Positions 30,456-44,439 of a stretch of 64,000 nt of DNA are shown in pieces. The notes below the pieces were generated by a model. It was not told where the DNA came from and did not search any database. It saw only the letters and a program-made list of their open reading frames with translations. Every line of letters begins with the position of its first letter. The first letter of the stretch is position 1. Location: NCBI GenBank assembly GCA_009914755.4, contig CP086569.2:13568001-13632000 (forward strand), read 5' to 3'. A program made the position numbers and the translations under genes. This DNA is from the human T2T-CHM13v2.0 reference genome, Homo sapiens.

Positions 30456-31237
30456 TGATTTGTGAGATGAATTTGTTTTGAAAATATTAGCTTGTTTTCA
30501 GTTGTGATACATTTGAAGTTGGTACAGAGTCCATTTTCTTTTATGTGTTAATGTATTGACAATATAGTTGTGTTGACAACTTCTTTTCTTATTTCCAGTT
30601 CAGTCTTTACAGAAGCTGACGAGAGATTTCCTTGTATTTTATGGTGGTATGATTGGCCTTAGAGCACTTCAGTTTTGAGATCTCTGCTGTATTTGTATAC
30701 AAGTATTTTGGAAGGTCAGTTGATAGGATGAATGAAAAACAAAAATTGGAAGTAATGGTACTAGTAATAAGTGGGGATTTTCATGTAGGTAAAGGAACTG
30801 ATAAGTCATAGGGAATCCGTGAGTTCTTAATCTTACTGAGTTTAGTTGTGTTCTTTGATTATTTTGGATAGCTTTGTTTAACGGTGAATGAAATGATTAA
30901 AATGGAAAAATTAAGTGCAGAAAATATGTTTAACATTATATAGGATGTCTTGTTTTAGGCATTTATTGCTAGATAACATATGTCCATTCTTGTATTGCTA
31001 TAAAGAAATATTGGATACTGGCTAATTTATAAATAAAAGAGATTTATTGGCTCATGATTCTGCAGGCTGTACAGGAAATATGATTCTGGAATCCGCTTGG
31101 CTTCTGGAAAGGCCTCAGGAAACTTAGAATGATGACACAAGGCAGAGGGGAAGCAGGCACATCTTACATGGCAGGAGCAGGGAGCAAGAAAGAGTGAAGC
31201 GGGAGGTGCTACACACTTTTAATAATCCAGATCTGAG

Positions 31238-31553
31238 TCAGGCATAGCAGCTTATGCCTATAATCCCAGCACTTTTGGGAGGCCAAGGCAGGCAGATCAC
31301 CTGAGGGTCAGGAGTTCAAGGCCAGCCTGGCCAACATGGTGAAACCTCATGTCTACTAAAAGTACAAAAATTAGCTGGGTGTGGTTGCACCTGCTTATAA
31401 TCCCAGCTGCTCAGGAGGCTGAGGCAGGAGAATTGCTTGAACCCGGGAGGCAGATGTTTCAGTGAACCAAGATTGCACCACTGCACTCCAGCCTGGGTGA
31501 ACAGAGTAAGACTCTGCCTTAAAAGTAAAATAAAATTAAATTAAAATTAAAAA
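31238..31553 (+). mobile_element. Alu, sense; TSD 'ccagatct'
   Basis: 'tcaggcatagcagcttatgcctataatcccagcacttttgggaggccaagg...' tail 'aaaagtaaaataaaattaaattaaaattaaaaa'. Confidence 0.85.
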
Positions 31554-33769
31554 CCAGATCTTGCAAGAACTCACTGTCAGAAGAACAGCACCAAGGGTAT
31601 GGTGCTGAACCATTCATGAAGGAGCCATCCTCAAGATCCAGTCATCTCATACCAGGTCCACCTCCATCTAATATTGGGAATTACAATTCATCATGAGGGT
31701 TGGTGGAGACATGGATCCAAGCCATGTCACATATTATCCTGACTGTAGTGGTTTAAGATAACAATTTTTATCTCACAATTTATTTTGAATACAGGCATGA
31801 TTTAGCTGTGTCCTTTGGTTCAGTATCTCTTCAAAGCTGTAATCAGGTTTTTCATGTGTTTGTCATCAACTGAAAGATTGACTGAGTATGGTTCTGAGAT
31901 CTCTCAGGTGATTATTGGCAGAATTAAGTTCCTTTTCGATTCTTGGTCTTATTTCTTCACCCATCTACTATAGTGCATTCTTGCCATGCAGCCCTTTTTA
32001 TGGAGCAAGTCACAATACAGCAGCTTGCTTCATTAGGGCAAGCAAGCAAGACAAGCTGCAGCAAATGCAAGTAACATGGAAGTCTTTATAATCTAATCAT
32101 GGAATTGACATAGTTAAAAACAAATCATTAGGTAGGCTCCAAATTGATCAGAACATGGTTATTGGACAAAACCATGACTGTCAGGAGGCTGCATCATGGG
32201 GAGCCATTTTACAAGCAGCACCATGGGTGTTATGGGGGATTTTATTACATTTGTTCTGCTCTTAAGAGTTGAAAGTCTTTAAAAATGTGTAAGTCTGTCG
32301 TTTGTTCTTGACTTCTGTCATGTTTTCAAGAATGCATTATGCAATGATGTAGAATACTGTTTGTAAAGTAGTTGTCTAGACTCTAGTGAAAATAATTACA
32401 GATAATCTCAGTTCATCAACGAATCGGTATATTAATGTCATATTTAACAGTTATAGGAATAAACTAAGCATAATAATAAATGATGATTTGAATGTTATTA
32501 TAATTATTATAGTGTCTAAAGCAGTGCTTCTTGACTGGGGCTGATTTTGCCTTCTCATAGGGCATTCGGCAATATCGGGGGACATCTTTGGTTATGATGT
32601 GAGGGGATGGTGATTAGCATACACTGGTTGGCATCTAGTAGGTAGAGGCCAGGGATAGTGCTAAACATCATACAGTGCACAGAATTCTCCCACTTGCAAA
32701 GAGTTATCTGACCCAAAATGGTAACAGTGCCAAGGATGAGATACCCTGGTCGGCAAGATTATTGTCATTTCTTTGTATAAGACTTCACGTCTGTTACTAG
32801 CCTTAAGCCCCATAGTTTGAGAATATACATATATTCTAACAATTATTCAGTATAATTGGTATAATGTACAATTTTTTAGTGTATATACATATACTAACCC
32901 ATAGTCCTTCTTGCTGCAGCTTACCAGGACCAAGCCAACAACACCTGTAATAATCTTAAAATGAGGGTCATTGTATGTGTGTGTGTATGTTCCTTGCCTG
33001 ATATAAAGGGTATTATTATCTGAGCCACATAAGTATCAGCTGTCTAAAAGTATATTGCTTTTATCGAGGATGATTTTAGTAATTGTAAGTACACGCTTAG
33101 TGCAGGAATTACGTTAGTGAAAAGAATCATGGGAGGCTTCTTTGGCTTCCTTTTAGCTACACAAAACAAGTAGTAGCTTCCTCAAGGAAGCTTTCTCTTC
33201 CAGTTACTCTCAAATATTGTTCACAACTATTTACTGTGTTGATTCCACTTGAATGAAGTTATTTTGACCTAGCTCTCCTCTACATGTTCATAATTACTTA
33301 ATATTCTTTCATCAGATAAAACTAGCCGCAATTGATGTGCATGCTCTGACCTTTTTTATTCCTTCTTATTAGTGTATGCTTAATGTTTGGCTTGCCTGGC
33401 CTGTGTTCTCTCATGTCTGACCTACAAGGCCCAGTTCATATGCCATCTTCATGAAATATTGCATCTTTATTTGGTAATGATGTACACTCTTTGAACTCTG
33501 CTTGCAATTTTTCATGAACCCAACACTTTCTACTTTATTTAATCTTTTGTGTTTTTGTCTTCTACTGGAACTTAAGTTTATGACTATTGGCATGGTCTCT
33601 GGCCCAGTAATAGTGATGCAGGATTTTCTTCATGGTCCCTTTGCCAGTTGGGGACCTCTGGAAATTGATGCTGGAGGCCTCACTTGGGACATGCTACCTG
33701 CCACAAGAGGTACCCCACCCCATATGCTTGCCCAGGTCCCATCTGGCTTGTGCACTGGTTCTCAAGTTC

Positions 33770-34180
33770 TTGTCCCGTGCCCAAGAAGAATGAGGATATG
33801 CTGACAATCAAGAGAGTGAGCAAAGCAGGGAGTTTTATTGAGTGATGAAACAGCTTTCAGTGGGGAGGGGACAAGGGGATGGTCCTCCTACACAAAGGCT
33901 GGAAAGTGTCCCTAATATGGCTGAGTCTGAGGCTTTTTATGGGCTCAGAATGGGAGGAGCAGACCCTAGGTAGTACTGGAAAAGAAAGAATTGATTGTGA
34001 AAGGGTGGGCAAACAGCTGGAGAAATTCCCATTCTTGGTCTCGAATTTCATCCAGGACCAGCATCTGGTCTTTTAGCCTTCAGGCCATTTTTGGCTTTAT
34101 GGGGTTTTACCAGGGACCTATCCCTATCTGCCTAGGCATTTGGCTGCCTCTTACTGCTGTAAGTTCCCTCCTCTGAAGAG
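33770..34180 (+). repeat. Unclassified LTR-like repeat, family 3, copy 1
   Basis: 'cttgtcccgtgcccaagaagaatgaggatatgctgacaa...gggagttttattgagtga...ccctaatatggctgagtc...ggctttttatgggc...gcatttggctgcctct'. Confidence 0.5.
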
Positions 34181-35516
34181 GTACATCTGACTGCCCTTAG
34201 GTTAGGGATGAAGACCAGTCTTAACTGCTTCCTGCTGTTACGGGTGCTATTTTGGGAAAACGGCAGTCAGATCTTCCTCAGAGGCCTGCCTAAGGGTCCT
34301 CAGTAAAAGGGGCCATCGTCCAGGTGTCCTGTTGCATGACCGTTTGGAGTTTTATGCCCTGAAGATGAGAAGCGACAAACCTGGTTATTAGAAGTCACGT
34401 ATGAAAATGAAACGAGGGAAAGAACAGCTGAAAAATCTGGAGGCTGCTGACATGCCCAGATAACTGGTGGCTACTGGTATGCCTGTTAAGATTTGGGTGA
34501 ATGGGGCTTGGCTTTGGTTAGTTCCCTTGGTTTTATTTTCCCAAAGAAACCTCTGGGTTATCAGCACCCTGTTTACTCTTATCACCTGGCAGGATTTGCA
34601 GGTAATTACCCAGAATTAGAATATTTATCCAGATTTTTATATTATCCATCCCTTTTGTTTCTTCTGAAATGCAGCCAAAGATCACTGGTTGGTTCACAGG
34701 AATAAGCAAGGTTAGTTTAAAATGTAGGCTAAAACTTACAACAACTAATGAGATTAAAATTATGTAAGTTTTGAAATGTAATTTTTCATTTTCCAGTTCT
34801 CATATTTGTTAAAAACAAATCATGATAGGACTCTGAGTTCTTTGCAAAATAAAACTTTAGTTTTTTTCCTTGGCCTGCTTGTTTGTACAAAGGGTAGCAA
34901 GAATAATTATTTTTCACATAGGTGCTCTAAATTGTCTTTGATGGAACTCTGCTCCACAAGGAATCTTAGACAAGACCTTTTAAAGCTGAGCTCAGCCATG
35001 GGTTTGTACCCTCAAATATCTATGAGTTAGGTAAATTCCCTGTCTTCTTGCAGTCCCAGGATAACATCGGGCTCCTGGGCCTGGTGGTAAGTGACATTCT
35101 TTACTCACACAGGTTAGGAGCCGCATACTAGGACTGCATAGACAAGGTATGAGGCCATTTTTCCAGAAGGGGTTTTATTGGCACTGCAAGTCAAGCTTGA
35201 TTCCTTAAAAGGAAGCACACCCTTGCAGTCAAAGCATTGGTAAAACCACCAGTTTCTCCAGCTGTATCCTGTTGCAAAAGAAAATGGATTCTTACTTCAC
35301 GAATGCAGATAACTGTATTGCCATAAGTTAAGGATACTCATCAATAGTTTCCAAATTCTAGAGAAACCAGGCAGACAAATGTGCTACAAATTTTGTTTTC
35401 AGGAAGATACCTTACTCAATTGTTAAAAGTGTAGATATCTCAAAAGTTTTCTTGACTCTGAAAAACAAAAAAACAAGGATCCAAAATGTTTTAAGCAAAA
35501 AGTTAAAAAAATACCT

Positions 35517-35830
35517 GGATGGGCATGGTGGCTCATGCCTGTAATCCCAGCACTTTGGGAGGCCGACGGGGGTGGATCACGAGGTCAGGAGACTGAGACC
35601 ATCCTGGCTAACACGGTGAAACCCCATCTCTATTAAAAATACAAAAAATTAGCCCGGCATGGTGGCGGGCACCTGTAGTCCCAGATACTCGTGAGGCTGA
35701 GGCAGGAGAATGGTGTGAACCCAGGAGGCAGAGCTTGCAGTGAGCCGAGATTCCATGCCACTGCACTCCAGCCTGGGCGACAGAACGAGACTGTCTCAAA
35801 AAAGAAAAAACAAAACAAACAAAAAAAAAT
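35517..35830 (+). mobile_element. Alu (AluY/S-like), sense
   Basis: 'ggatgggcatggtggctcatgcctgtaatcccagcactttgggaggccgacgg...' A-rich tail. Confidence 0.85.
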
Positions 35831-37105
35831 ATTCCTTCAGTTTTGTTCAGTCCATTCAGTTAACTCTTGCTCTGCTTGATATTCATGAACATTTCAGCTC
35901 TTCATGAGTCCTATACATTTTTCCTCTATTCTAGTGTCACAGTTTCCAGTGTCATCAGAAACTGGCATTTAAAAGCACCTGACAGAGTTCTATAGCTGAT
36001 GATAAGCCATCTTTTGAAGAGGATCAAGACAAGGCAATTGTCTGTGAATGACAAAATGACCCAATTACAAATACAATTGACAAAGAAATTAGGTTATTAG
36101 TGGTTTACAATAACTTAAAATCATAATGTTAATGATGATTGAAAACATATACTCAGACATTAGAATTTTAGAAATCCCACACAATTTTGGAACATACATT
36201 ATAATTTACTAACATATAACCTGAAGATTAAATATAATTTTTATTTTGCCAATCCCACAGAACTTCCCCATGGGCCCTCTGTAGCATCCAAAAGTTAGGG
36301 GTCAGAAGAGATAACCTTGAAACTGAAGTTTGATTTGGGGAAGCTTGTTAAATATGTTAGATATTTAAAACACTTAATATTATGAAGTAGAATTCCAGAT
36401 TATAATAAGTTATTTAGCCAAAATGATGACTCAAAAATTTTTAAAAAGGCAAAAACCTTTTTTCATTAAGAGAGAAGACTTAGCTTTCCAATCTACTCCT
36501 GTCTTAACTGCCTGTTTTTTGGAAGTTTATTCTCAAGGTGCAAACAAAAGTCTTTAATTATTCTTTCCTATTACATGAAAATCTTATTCAAGGGAGAGAA
36601 AGCCAAAATTCACCCTTGATTTAGTCTACGGTTAACATCAACCCCAACTTTTAAATGAAACCTTATAGATGATTCTCTCTGATCTTAGCCAGTTTGACCG
36701 TGAGGTGATAATCTTGTAAATCTTTCATAACCCTTTACAAATTTTGTTAAAGAGCAAATCAGTGCCTTAAGAAAACCTTGTTGTGTTTTTTATTTAAATG
36801 CTCAAATTAGAGACAAACCAAAAAAATACTTTTTGAATTTAGTCAACATGTTCACACAGAATTTATTTTATAAGATTAATTTTTACAAAACTAAAATAGA
36901 CAAAACCCATTTTATCTAATTTAAAATAAGGCTTCCACCCTCCTAAGGAAAAATTTACTTTGCCATGCCTTTTTATATTTTTTACTGCTAACACATTTTA
37001 CTTTTCTTACACACCTTTCGTATAAATCTATTTTCAATAGCTTCAGTTACATAAGGGTAATTCACAGCAATTTGTAATTTTAATGTAAAACCTGGTAAGC
37101 TCTTT

Positions 37106-37390
37106 GTTTGTTGTTTTGGAGACTGAATTTCACTCGTTGCCTAGTTTGTATGGCGCCGTCTTGGCTCACTGCAAACTCTGCCTCCCGGGTTCAAGCAATT
37201 CTGCCTCAGCCTCCAGGGTAGCTGAGATTACAGGCAGCTGCCACCATGCCTGGCTAATTTTTTCTATTTTCAGTAGAAATGGGGCTTCCCCATGTTAGCC
37301 AGCTGGTCTCGATCTCCTGACCTCAGGTGAGCCGCCCACCTCGGCCTCCCAAAGTGCTGAGATTACAGGTGTGAGCCACTGTGCCCAGCC
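37106..37390 (-). mobile_element. Alu, antisense; TSD 'ggtaagctcttt'
   Basis: 'tgtttgttgttttggagactgaatttcactcgttgcctag...gtgtgagccactgtgcccagcc'. Confidence 0.85.
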
Positions 37391-38235
37391 GGTTAAGCTC
37401 TTTTGATTATGTGCCAGGCACAGATAAAGTTTATGGCATAGCTAGGAGGAGCACTGTTAATTACATATGTCCCCAGGCCTGACCAAATTGTGAAACAGGC
37501 AAATCAAACAATTCTCAAAAGCCAAAGAAGCAGTTTATAACCTTGACATTTAGCAAACCTAGAATCTGACCTGCATAATTTAGACTATGTATTTACATTT
37601 TGAAAACAATTGTATTTTACCAATAATCTTTAAAACTTTTAATTTCTGAGAGATTAAAGTCGTGAACAAAAAAGGCATTATAGCTTTTTTCCTTCAAAAA
37701 TATTTCATCTAAGCACATATTTTTCTTTAAGCCAATTAATTAGACCTCTTTTTTATATAAACATAATACACATAACACATATATATAACTACACAAACCA
37801 CAAACAGAAGATCCAATATTTGCAAGATTTTTAATTTGCTCATCTCCTAATTCGATTACCACCTGGTGGAGCCTGTCCAAAAACAGAGCTAGGAAAACAT
37901 GGAGGTTTTAGGGCCTAATGAACAGGTATAGGTAGAAGCCAAAAGCAGATTTTTGAGAGGGATCTATTCACTTTTAATTTCTGGAGTTCCATGAGGAAAA
38001 CAGAGTTGTTTTTTTTTTCCTTCCCAAAATGGGGTCCATGTCACATTTTCTGTTTATTCCGAGCAGCCTCATGCTCTCAGAAGTTATCTCAGAGCCTATC
38101 ATGCATGCATTTAGAGTGGCACAACAAAATGAAGAAAAGTAATTCAGATGACTAAGAAGAAAAAAAAACTTTTTCCAGAAAGTTCCAAGAAGAGGAAGAA
38201 AAACATAGATGCCTTTTAAATATACCTATAGCTTG

Positions 38236-38305
38236 GTCCAGGCATGGTGGCTCACACCTGTAATTGCAGCAGTTTTGGGAGGCTGAGGTGGGTGGATCAT
38301 GAGGT
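38236..38305 (+). mobile_element. Alu 5'-terminal fragment only (about 70 bp) flanked by direct repeats 'atatagcttgg'
   Basis: 'ggtccaggcatggtggctcacacctgtaattgcagcagttttgggaggctgaggtgggtggatcatgaggtca', then the flank repeat; no right arm or A-tail. Confidence 0.6.
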
Positions 38306-39206
38306 CAATAATATATAGCTTGGTTATCCACTTTTAATTAAGCATAGCATTCCTTAAGAAAATAATTTAAAACCCCTTGTTACTCAACTTTAGCTATGCC
38401 AAGAGGCCAATATTTTTGGCTTTTGACCTTCACCAAAAATATAACCTCACAGGTGAAACCAACAAGCCTCAACTCAAAGTTATGACTTAATGAAGAGTGC
38501 ATGTGGTATTTTCAAAGAGGTGGTAAGCAGTTTTTACAAAACCTAGACTCTTTAAAGATAGCTCAGAGATAGGATGAGTTAAGAAAGGAAGCTAGAAGTC
38601 GTTCATGGAAGGGAAGAGAATCAGCAAATAGTAAAATTCACACACTAACCAGAAAGTACTTAGTCCCTATGCCAATATTGAACCAGGACCACTACTGTAA
38701 AATGGCAGACACCCAAAGAAAGTACTGCCACAGGTTTACAAGGTCAAGCTCCCAGGGGCTTAAAACAAGATGGAGACGAGCAAAATTTGTTACTGACCAC
38801 TTTGATGGCCTAGCTTGAACAGTGGGCTTATTGGGTCATAGGCCGTGCTCTATCCTAGGGTATTCTTACGACAGAACCATATAGAGAGACACATAAAGCA
38901 TATCAGATTGGCTATAGCTTAAGAGTAGTCTAATAAATCCTTTTTTCTATTAATTAAAACTACAGAGAGGATTTAAATAGTGATTTTTATAACTCATTCT
39001 ACCAGTTTACACAGGGAGAGCGAGGCCAGAAGTTTGGTAAGAAAAACGGTTTTTTGCTGATCTGTCATGTCAGGCTTTTGAGTTCCCTTCCCCCAAGTTG
39101 TGAAGACCTATATATCCTGAAGTCCTGTGAAAGGGAAGTAGGCAATGATACTGTAAAAGTTGTCCCTCCTCAAGATATTTACTCAGATTGGTGCTTGCTT
39201 CCCAGT

Positions 39207-39520
39207 TTTTTTTTGTTTGTTTTTTGTTTTGTTTTGTGTGAGACAGAGTCTTGATGTCACCCAGGCTGGAGTGCAGTGGCACAACGTCTGCTTACTGCAC
39301 CCTCCACCTCCCAGATTCAAGTGATTCTCCTGCCTCAGACTCCTGAGTAGCTGGGACTACAGGCATGTGTGCCACCACACCCAACTAATTTTTTGTATTT
39401 TTAGTAGAGATGGGGTTTCAGCGTGTTAGCTAGGGTGGTCTCGAACTTCTGACCTTGTGATCCACCTTACTTGGCCTCCCAAAGTGCTGGGATTATAGGC
39501 CTGAGCCACCATGCCCAGCC
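39207..39520 (-). mobile_element. Alu, antisense; TSD 'ttcccagttt'
   Basis: T-rich tail then 'gagacagagtcttgatgtcacccaggctggagtgcagtggcac...ggcctgagccaccatgcccagcc'. Confidence 0.85.
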
Positions 39521-41067
39521 TTCCCAGTTTATTTTTAAGCCAAACAGTTTGAGGTTTGGGGAAATTGACTTTTCCCAGTCTGGGGGATGAATCTGTAGGG
39601 ATTCTGTAGCATGGGGACACAATTACTCATCTGCAAAGAGGAGAGAGGAGGAAAAAGGAAAAAGAAGGTTTTGTTTTTTTTTTTTCAAGGGAGTCCCAGT
39701 GATTCAGGATGTATCCAAGAGAAGTGCAGACTGAAGGTGGCTGGTTACTTACCTGGAAGGAGGGGAAAACGGCATCCCTTAGTTCCTGTGTGTTTCCAGT
39801 GAATACCTGGGGTACACGAGGGAGAGAAAGAAAAGGCGTCCCCTTTATTTCTTCTGTCTTTATATCCCTGAGTCCCAGTGACTCAGCAGGGTGCTTTCAC
39901 GCACGTGTAACAGGTAGGAATTATCCGCATTCACCTATCCATTGCCTATTTTTTCTGCTGTCTGTAACTTATCTATGCCATGGATGCTAGCATGACCTGT
40001 ATCCATAAAATGGGCAGTGGGGGTGGAGATTCCAATTGGCAGGAATTAGTCATGCTCACCTGCACTGTGCCCCTTGACTATTGTCTGCCGCTGGATCCCT
40101 CAGATCCATTTTCCTTTCTAGAGCTTCAGCCTGAAGCTTGGAGTTCAGTTTGGGACAAGCAACTTCCTTAGGAAGGGGCATGGTTTCATTAAGTCCAGGT
40201 TGCCCTCACCAGACTGCAGCCAGCAGCTGTGAGGGCTACTTCTTTGCCATCTTCTTATAAGCTGAATACTCAGGTATAGCTGTGCAACGGGTTTGTACTC
40301 AGACAATGGAGAGAAAGGGAGAATTGGGGATCTGGCCTAGTAAGATGCCTTCCAAAAGAAAACAAAACCTCTTGCATAGAAAAGCTCCCTGTATGTGGCA
40401 GAGAAAAGAAAAGAAAAAAAAAAAAAAACAGCTTACATTCAGGGCAGGGAAGGTGCTTGGGGTGGAAAAAGCCTCTTTATGCAAATAGATTCCTCGAGCA
40501 GGGAGAGAGACTTTTAACCTCTGCTTCCTGTTTTCCTCTAGGAACAGAAACTGCATTGTTCTGAATTACATACCTGATGGCTGGTCCAAATGCTCTTTCC
40601 ACCTAGTAATATGTTTGTAGTTTGCAACAACACTTGCAACATTGTAAAAGAGATAAGTACCATAACATCCCCGAAAAACAAGAAGACAAATGCCACAGGA
40701 AAAATGGGAATTGAATGAGGCCAACATTCCCTAACCCCAAGAGTGATGGGGGAGGGTCCTCTCCAGCATCCTGTCCTCTGTAGTTGCACCACTGTTCTTA
40801 ACTAGCTTACCAGAGGGTTGGTGCTTCATCTGCCTTCAGAAAAATGTCTGAGGACAAGAGTTCACAGAAAAAAAGTGAAATTTAGGTCCACATTTACTCA
40901 CCCTTCAGGTATCCTGAGTGAGCCCCCAAAATGATAGGATTTTTCTTCTCAGTCACTTCGTAAGCTGATGAACCCTGGCTGGTGATGCCCTGCTTGGGCC
41001 TTGCATGGCCATGCTGGCATGCCCCAGCTCACCTGTGTTATAGCTTGTACCCCTTTTTGGTGGTTCT

Positions 41068-41500
41068 AAAACTCTTGTCCTGCACCCATGAAGAATAAGG
41101 ATGTGCTAACAAAGTGAGCAAGGTGGGAAGTTTTATTGAGTCACGAACTAGTCAGGCAAACCTGAAAAGGGACGAGGGGTTTGTCCCCCTTCCCAAAGGC
41201 AGGAAGGTCCCTCTAATATGGCTGAGTCGGGCTTTTTATGGGCCTAGAATGGGGGAGGGGCAAGCCATAGGTAGTACTGGAAAAGTCAACATTCGATTGG
41301 TTAAAAGATACTATTCAGAAAGAATCAATCATAAATGAAACGGCAGGCAAAAAGGAACAGAGGTTCTCATTCTGGGTTGTGTTTCATACAGGACTAGCAG
41401 TCAGTCTTTCAGCCTGTGGCCTGTTTTTGGCTTTCAGGTGGGGTTTCACCAGGGACTTGCCCCTGTCTAGGCATTTGGCTGGCTTCTGTAGCTATCAGAC
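41068..41500 (+). repeat. Unclassified LTR-like repeat, family 3, copy 2
   Basis: 'cttgtcctgcacccatgaagaataaggatgtgctaacaa...ggaagttttattgagtca...ccctctaatatggctgagtcgggctttttatgggc...gcatttggctggcttct'. Confidence 0.5.
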
Positions 41501-43343
41501 TGTTGAATAATTGAACTTTGTTTATTTCTCCATATTTTTGCAGTGGTAATTCCATTATAAAACCTAATGAAACAATGTTTTTATAGATGGTGTGGAAAGA
41601 CTTTTCTGGGCTCAGAGGTGAAACTGACCCTTGTGTATCAGCAGCATTTCTGACTGACTGAGAGAGTGTAGTGATTAACAGAGTTGTGATGTTAGTTAAG
41701 AAACTTAGATTTGCCATTGTAGCTTTTCTACCAATTAGCAGATTGTTTAACTCACTGAAATTGTAAAGTGGTAGACGTGGACTTAGTCATTACTGGGCAG
41801 CTTATGAATTGTATTCATTTACTCATGATGTAAAAATGGTTAGTCTCCACTTTTAAGGCTCTAGTTCTAGTGGCTAAATAGGTACTTATTTATACAGTAT
41901 GATAACTGCTGTATTAAAATACATGTCTCAAATGTGGAATAGTAGAAGAGGTGAAGAAAATCATAGTTTGAGGTAGAATACTGTTTGCTGGTCTTAAAAA
42001 CTGTGGTATTTTGGTGATTCCATAAATTAGGTCAGATACTTCCACTGGAGGGAAACAGTTTAAAGGATATATGTGATACTATTAATAGAATGAGGAAGAC
42101 ACACCAGATATTTAGGAGGGAATTAGCGAGCTTGAAACTAAGAGCTGGTTTGAATGAGACTGGGTCATAAGTGATTTCAAGTACCAGATTAAGGCACTGA
42201 GATTTTATTTTTAAGCACTGAAGTCAGATTTTTTCCTTTTAAAAGAAAGGATTCATGATGAAATCTGCTTTTTGTTTTGCAGAGAGCTTGGAGATAATTC
42301 TGGTGGCTGTGTGGAGTATGTGTTGGAGGTGAGTTGCTAGCTGAAGAATTAAAACAATAGTTTTAGCAGTTTGGGTAAGAGATGTTTACAGAAATGTTTT
42401 GTGGAATAAAACTGAACAGTCAGAGACCTATGAGATTACCATGGTCTGATAGAGGGGCAGCTAATACAATCTTTTCTTTTTTTGTCACTGAGTTAATTAC
42501 TAAGCTGGGGCAGGATATTTGTCTTTTACTTCATAAGAAAATAGCTCACAGTTTAACAGCTTAAAACAACAAACATATCTTTTCGTTTTTGTGGGTAGCA
42601 GTTATTTATCTGAAGGCTGGTATGTCCACTTCCACAATGGCTTACTCACATGATTGCTGACAGCAGGGCTGATTTCTTTGCTAGCAGTTGGCAAGAGGTA
42701 TGTCCTTGCTGTAAGGATATATCTGTAAGCCTGTTTCAGTGTTTGGGGCAAGCCTTGGCTATCAAGCTAAGGGTACCTATGTTGAGGCCTAGGGAATTAT
42801 CTATTGTAGCCTGCTTGGGAAAAATATTATGAGAAATTTTTGTTGTTCTGATTTGAACAGTAGAAGTGTGTAGTACTTGAGGTTCCTTGAGGGTATATTT
42901 AATATGGATTTTTCTGTCTGCAAAACAATATTGTGGAGATAGTGTTGAATCTGTAAATCACTTTGGGTAGTACTGATAACAGTAGTAAGTCTTGTAATAC
43001 CTGGACATTAGAGGTCTTTGCCTGTATTTCTGTCTTTAGTTATTTTTCCCTCCACAATAAATTTTTGTTTTTAGTATAAGTCATTGGTCTCCTTGATTAA
43101 ATTCTATAGATTTTTCTACATGTAATATCATGTCATCTCTGAATAGGCACAGTTTTACTCCCTTCTTTCTGATTTGGATGCCATTTTATATCTATCTCTT
43201 CTTTCTTTGCTCTGACTAGGACTCTCCATACTAAGTTGAATTAGAGGGGTCCTTGTCTTGTTCCAGATCTTAGAGAAAGGCTTTGCGCCTTTTCCCATTT
43301 GGTATGAAGTTAGGTCTTGCACTCCTCTTTGTCTTATATGACT

Positions 43344-43544
43344 TTTTTTTTTGACAGAGTCTTGCTCTGTCACCCAGGCTGGAGTGCAGTGGCGCAATCT
43401 TGGCCCACTGCAAGCTCTGCCTTCCAGGTTCACGCCATTATCCTGCCTCAGCCTCCTGAGGAGCTGGGACTACAGGCACCTGCCACCATGCTTGGCTAAT
43501 TTTTTAAATTTTTTTAATAGAGATGGGATTTTAACATGTGAGGT
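43344..43544 (-). mobile_element. 5'-truncated Alu, antisense, whose 5' junction carries a 29-bp inverted Alu segment (44405-44433); it is now separated from that segment by the LTR12 insertion
   Basis: Poly-T then 'gacagagtcttgctctgtcacccaggctggagtgcagtggcgcaatc...agagatgggattttaacatgtg'; the expected continuation appears inverted after the LTR. Confidence 0.75.
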
Positions 43545-44404
43545 TGTGTCCAGAATTTATTCCTTCTTGTGGGTTCTTGGTCTCGCTGACTTCAAGAAGG
43601 AAGCTGCGGACCCTCGCGGTGAGTGTTATAGCTCTTAAAGATGGTGTTCGGAGTTTGTTCCTTCAGATTTTCAGATGTGTCTGGAGTTTCTTCCTTCCAG
43701 TGGGTTCATGGTCTCTCTGACTTTAGGAGTTAAGCTGTAGGCCTTCGCAGTGAGCATTACAGCTCTTAAAGGTGGCGGGTCTGGAGTTGTTTATTCCTCC
43801 CAGTGGGTTCGTGGTCTCACTGACTTCAGGATGGAAGCCGCAGACCCTCATGGTGAGTGTTACAGCTTATAAAGGTAGTGTGGACCCAAAGAGTGAGTGG
43901 CAGCAAGATTTATTGTGAAGAGCGAAAGAACAAAGCTTCCACAGCATGAAAAGGGACCTGAGCAGGTTGCTGCTGCTGGCTGGGTGTAGCCAGCTTTTAT
44001 TCCCTTATTTGTCCCTGCCCATGTCCTGCTGATTGGTTCATTTTACGGAGTGCTGATTGATCCATTTGACAGAGTGCTGATTGGTCTGTTTACAATCCTT
44101 TAGCTAGATACAGAGCGCTGATTGGTGCGTTTTACAGAGTGCTCATTGGTGCGTTTACAATCCTCTAGCTAGACACAGAGCAGTGATTGGTATGTTTTTA
44201 CAGAGTGCTGATTGGTACATTTACAATCCTCTAGCAAGACACAGAGTGCTCATTGGTGCATTTTTATAGAGTGCTGATTGGTGCATTTACAATCCTTTAG
44301 CTAGACACAGAGTGCTGAATAGTGCATTTACAATCTTCTAGCTAGACAGAAAAGTTCTCCAAGTCCCCATTCGACCCAGGAAGTACAGCCGGCTTCACCT
44401 TTCA
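43545..44404 (+). mobile_element. Solo ERV-9 / LTR12-family LTR, sense orientation; about 8 U3 tandem repeats with ATTGG (CCAAT-box) motifs at 44010-44340; 4-bp TSD AGGT
   Basis: Starts 'tgtgtccagaatttattcc', with three 5' repeat units of about 100 bp. Characteristic repeats 'gagtgctgattggtgcatttacaatcctttagctagacacaga'. Ends '...gtccccattcgacccaggaagtacagccggcttcacctttca'. 'aggt' is present at both junctions. Confidence 0.75.
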
Positions 44405-44439
44405 AGGTCAGGAGCTCGAGACCATCCTGGCTATATGAC

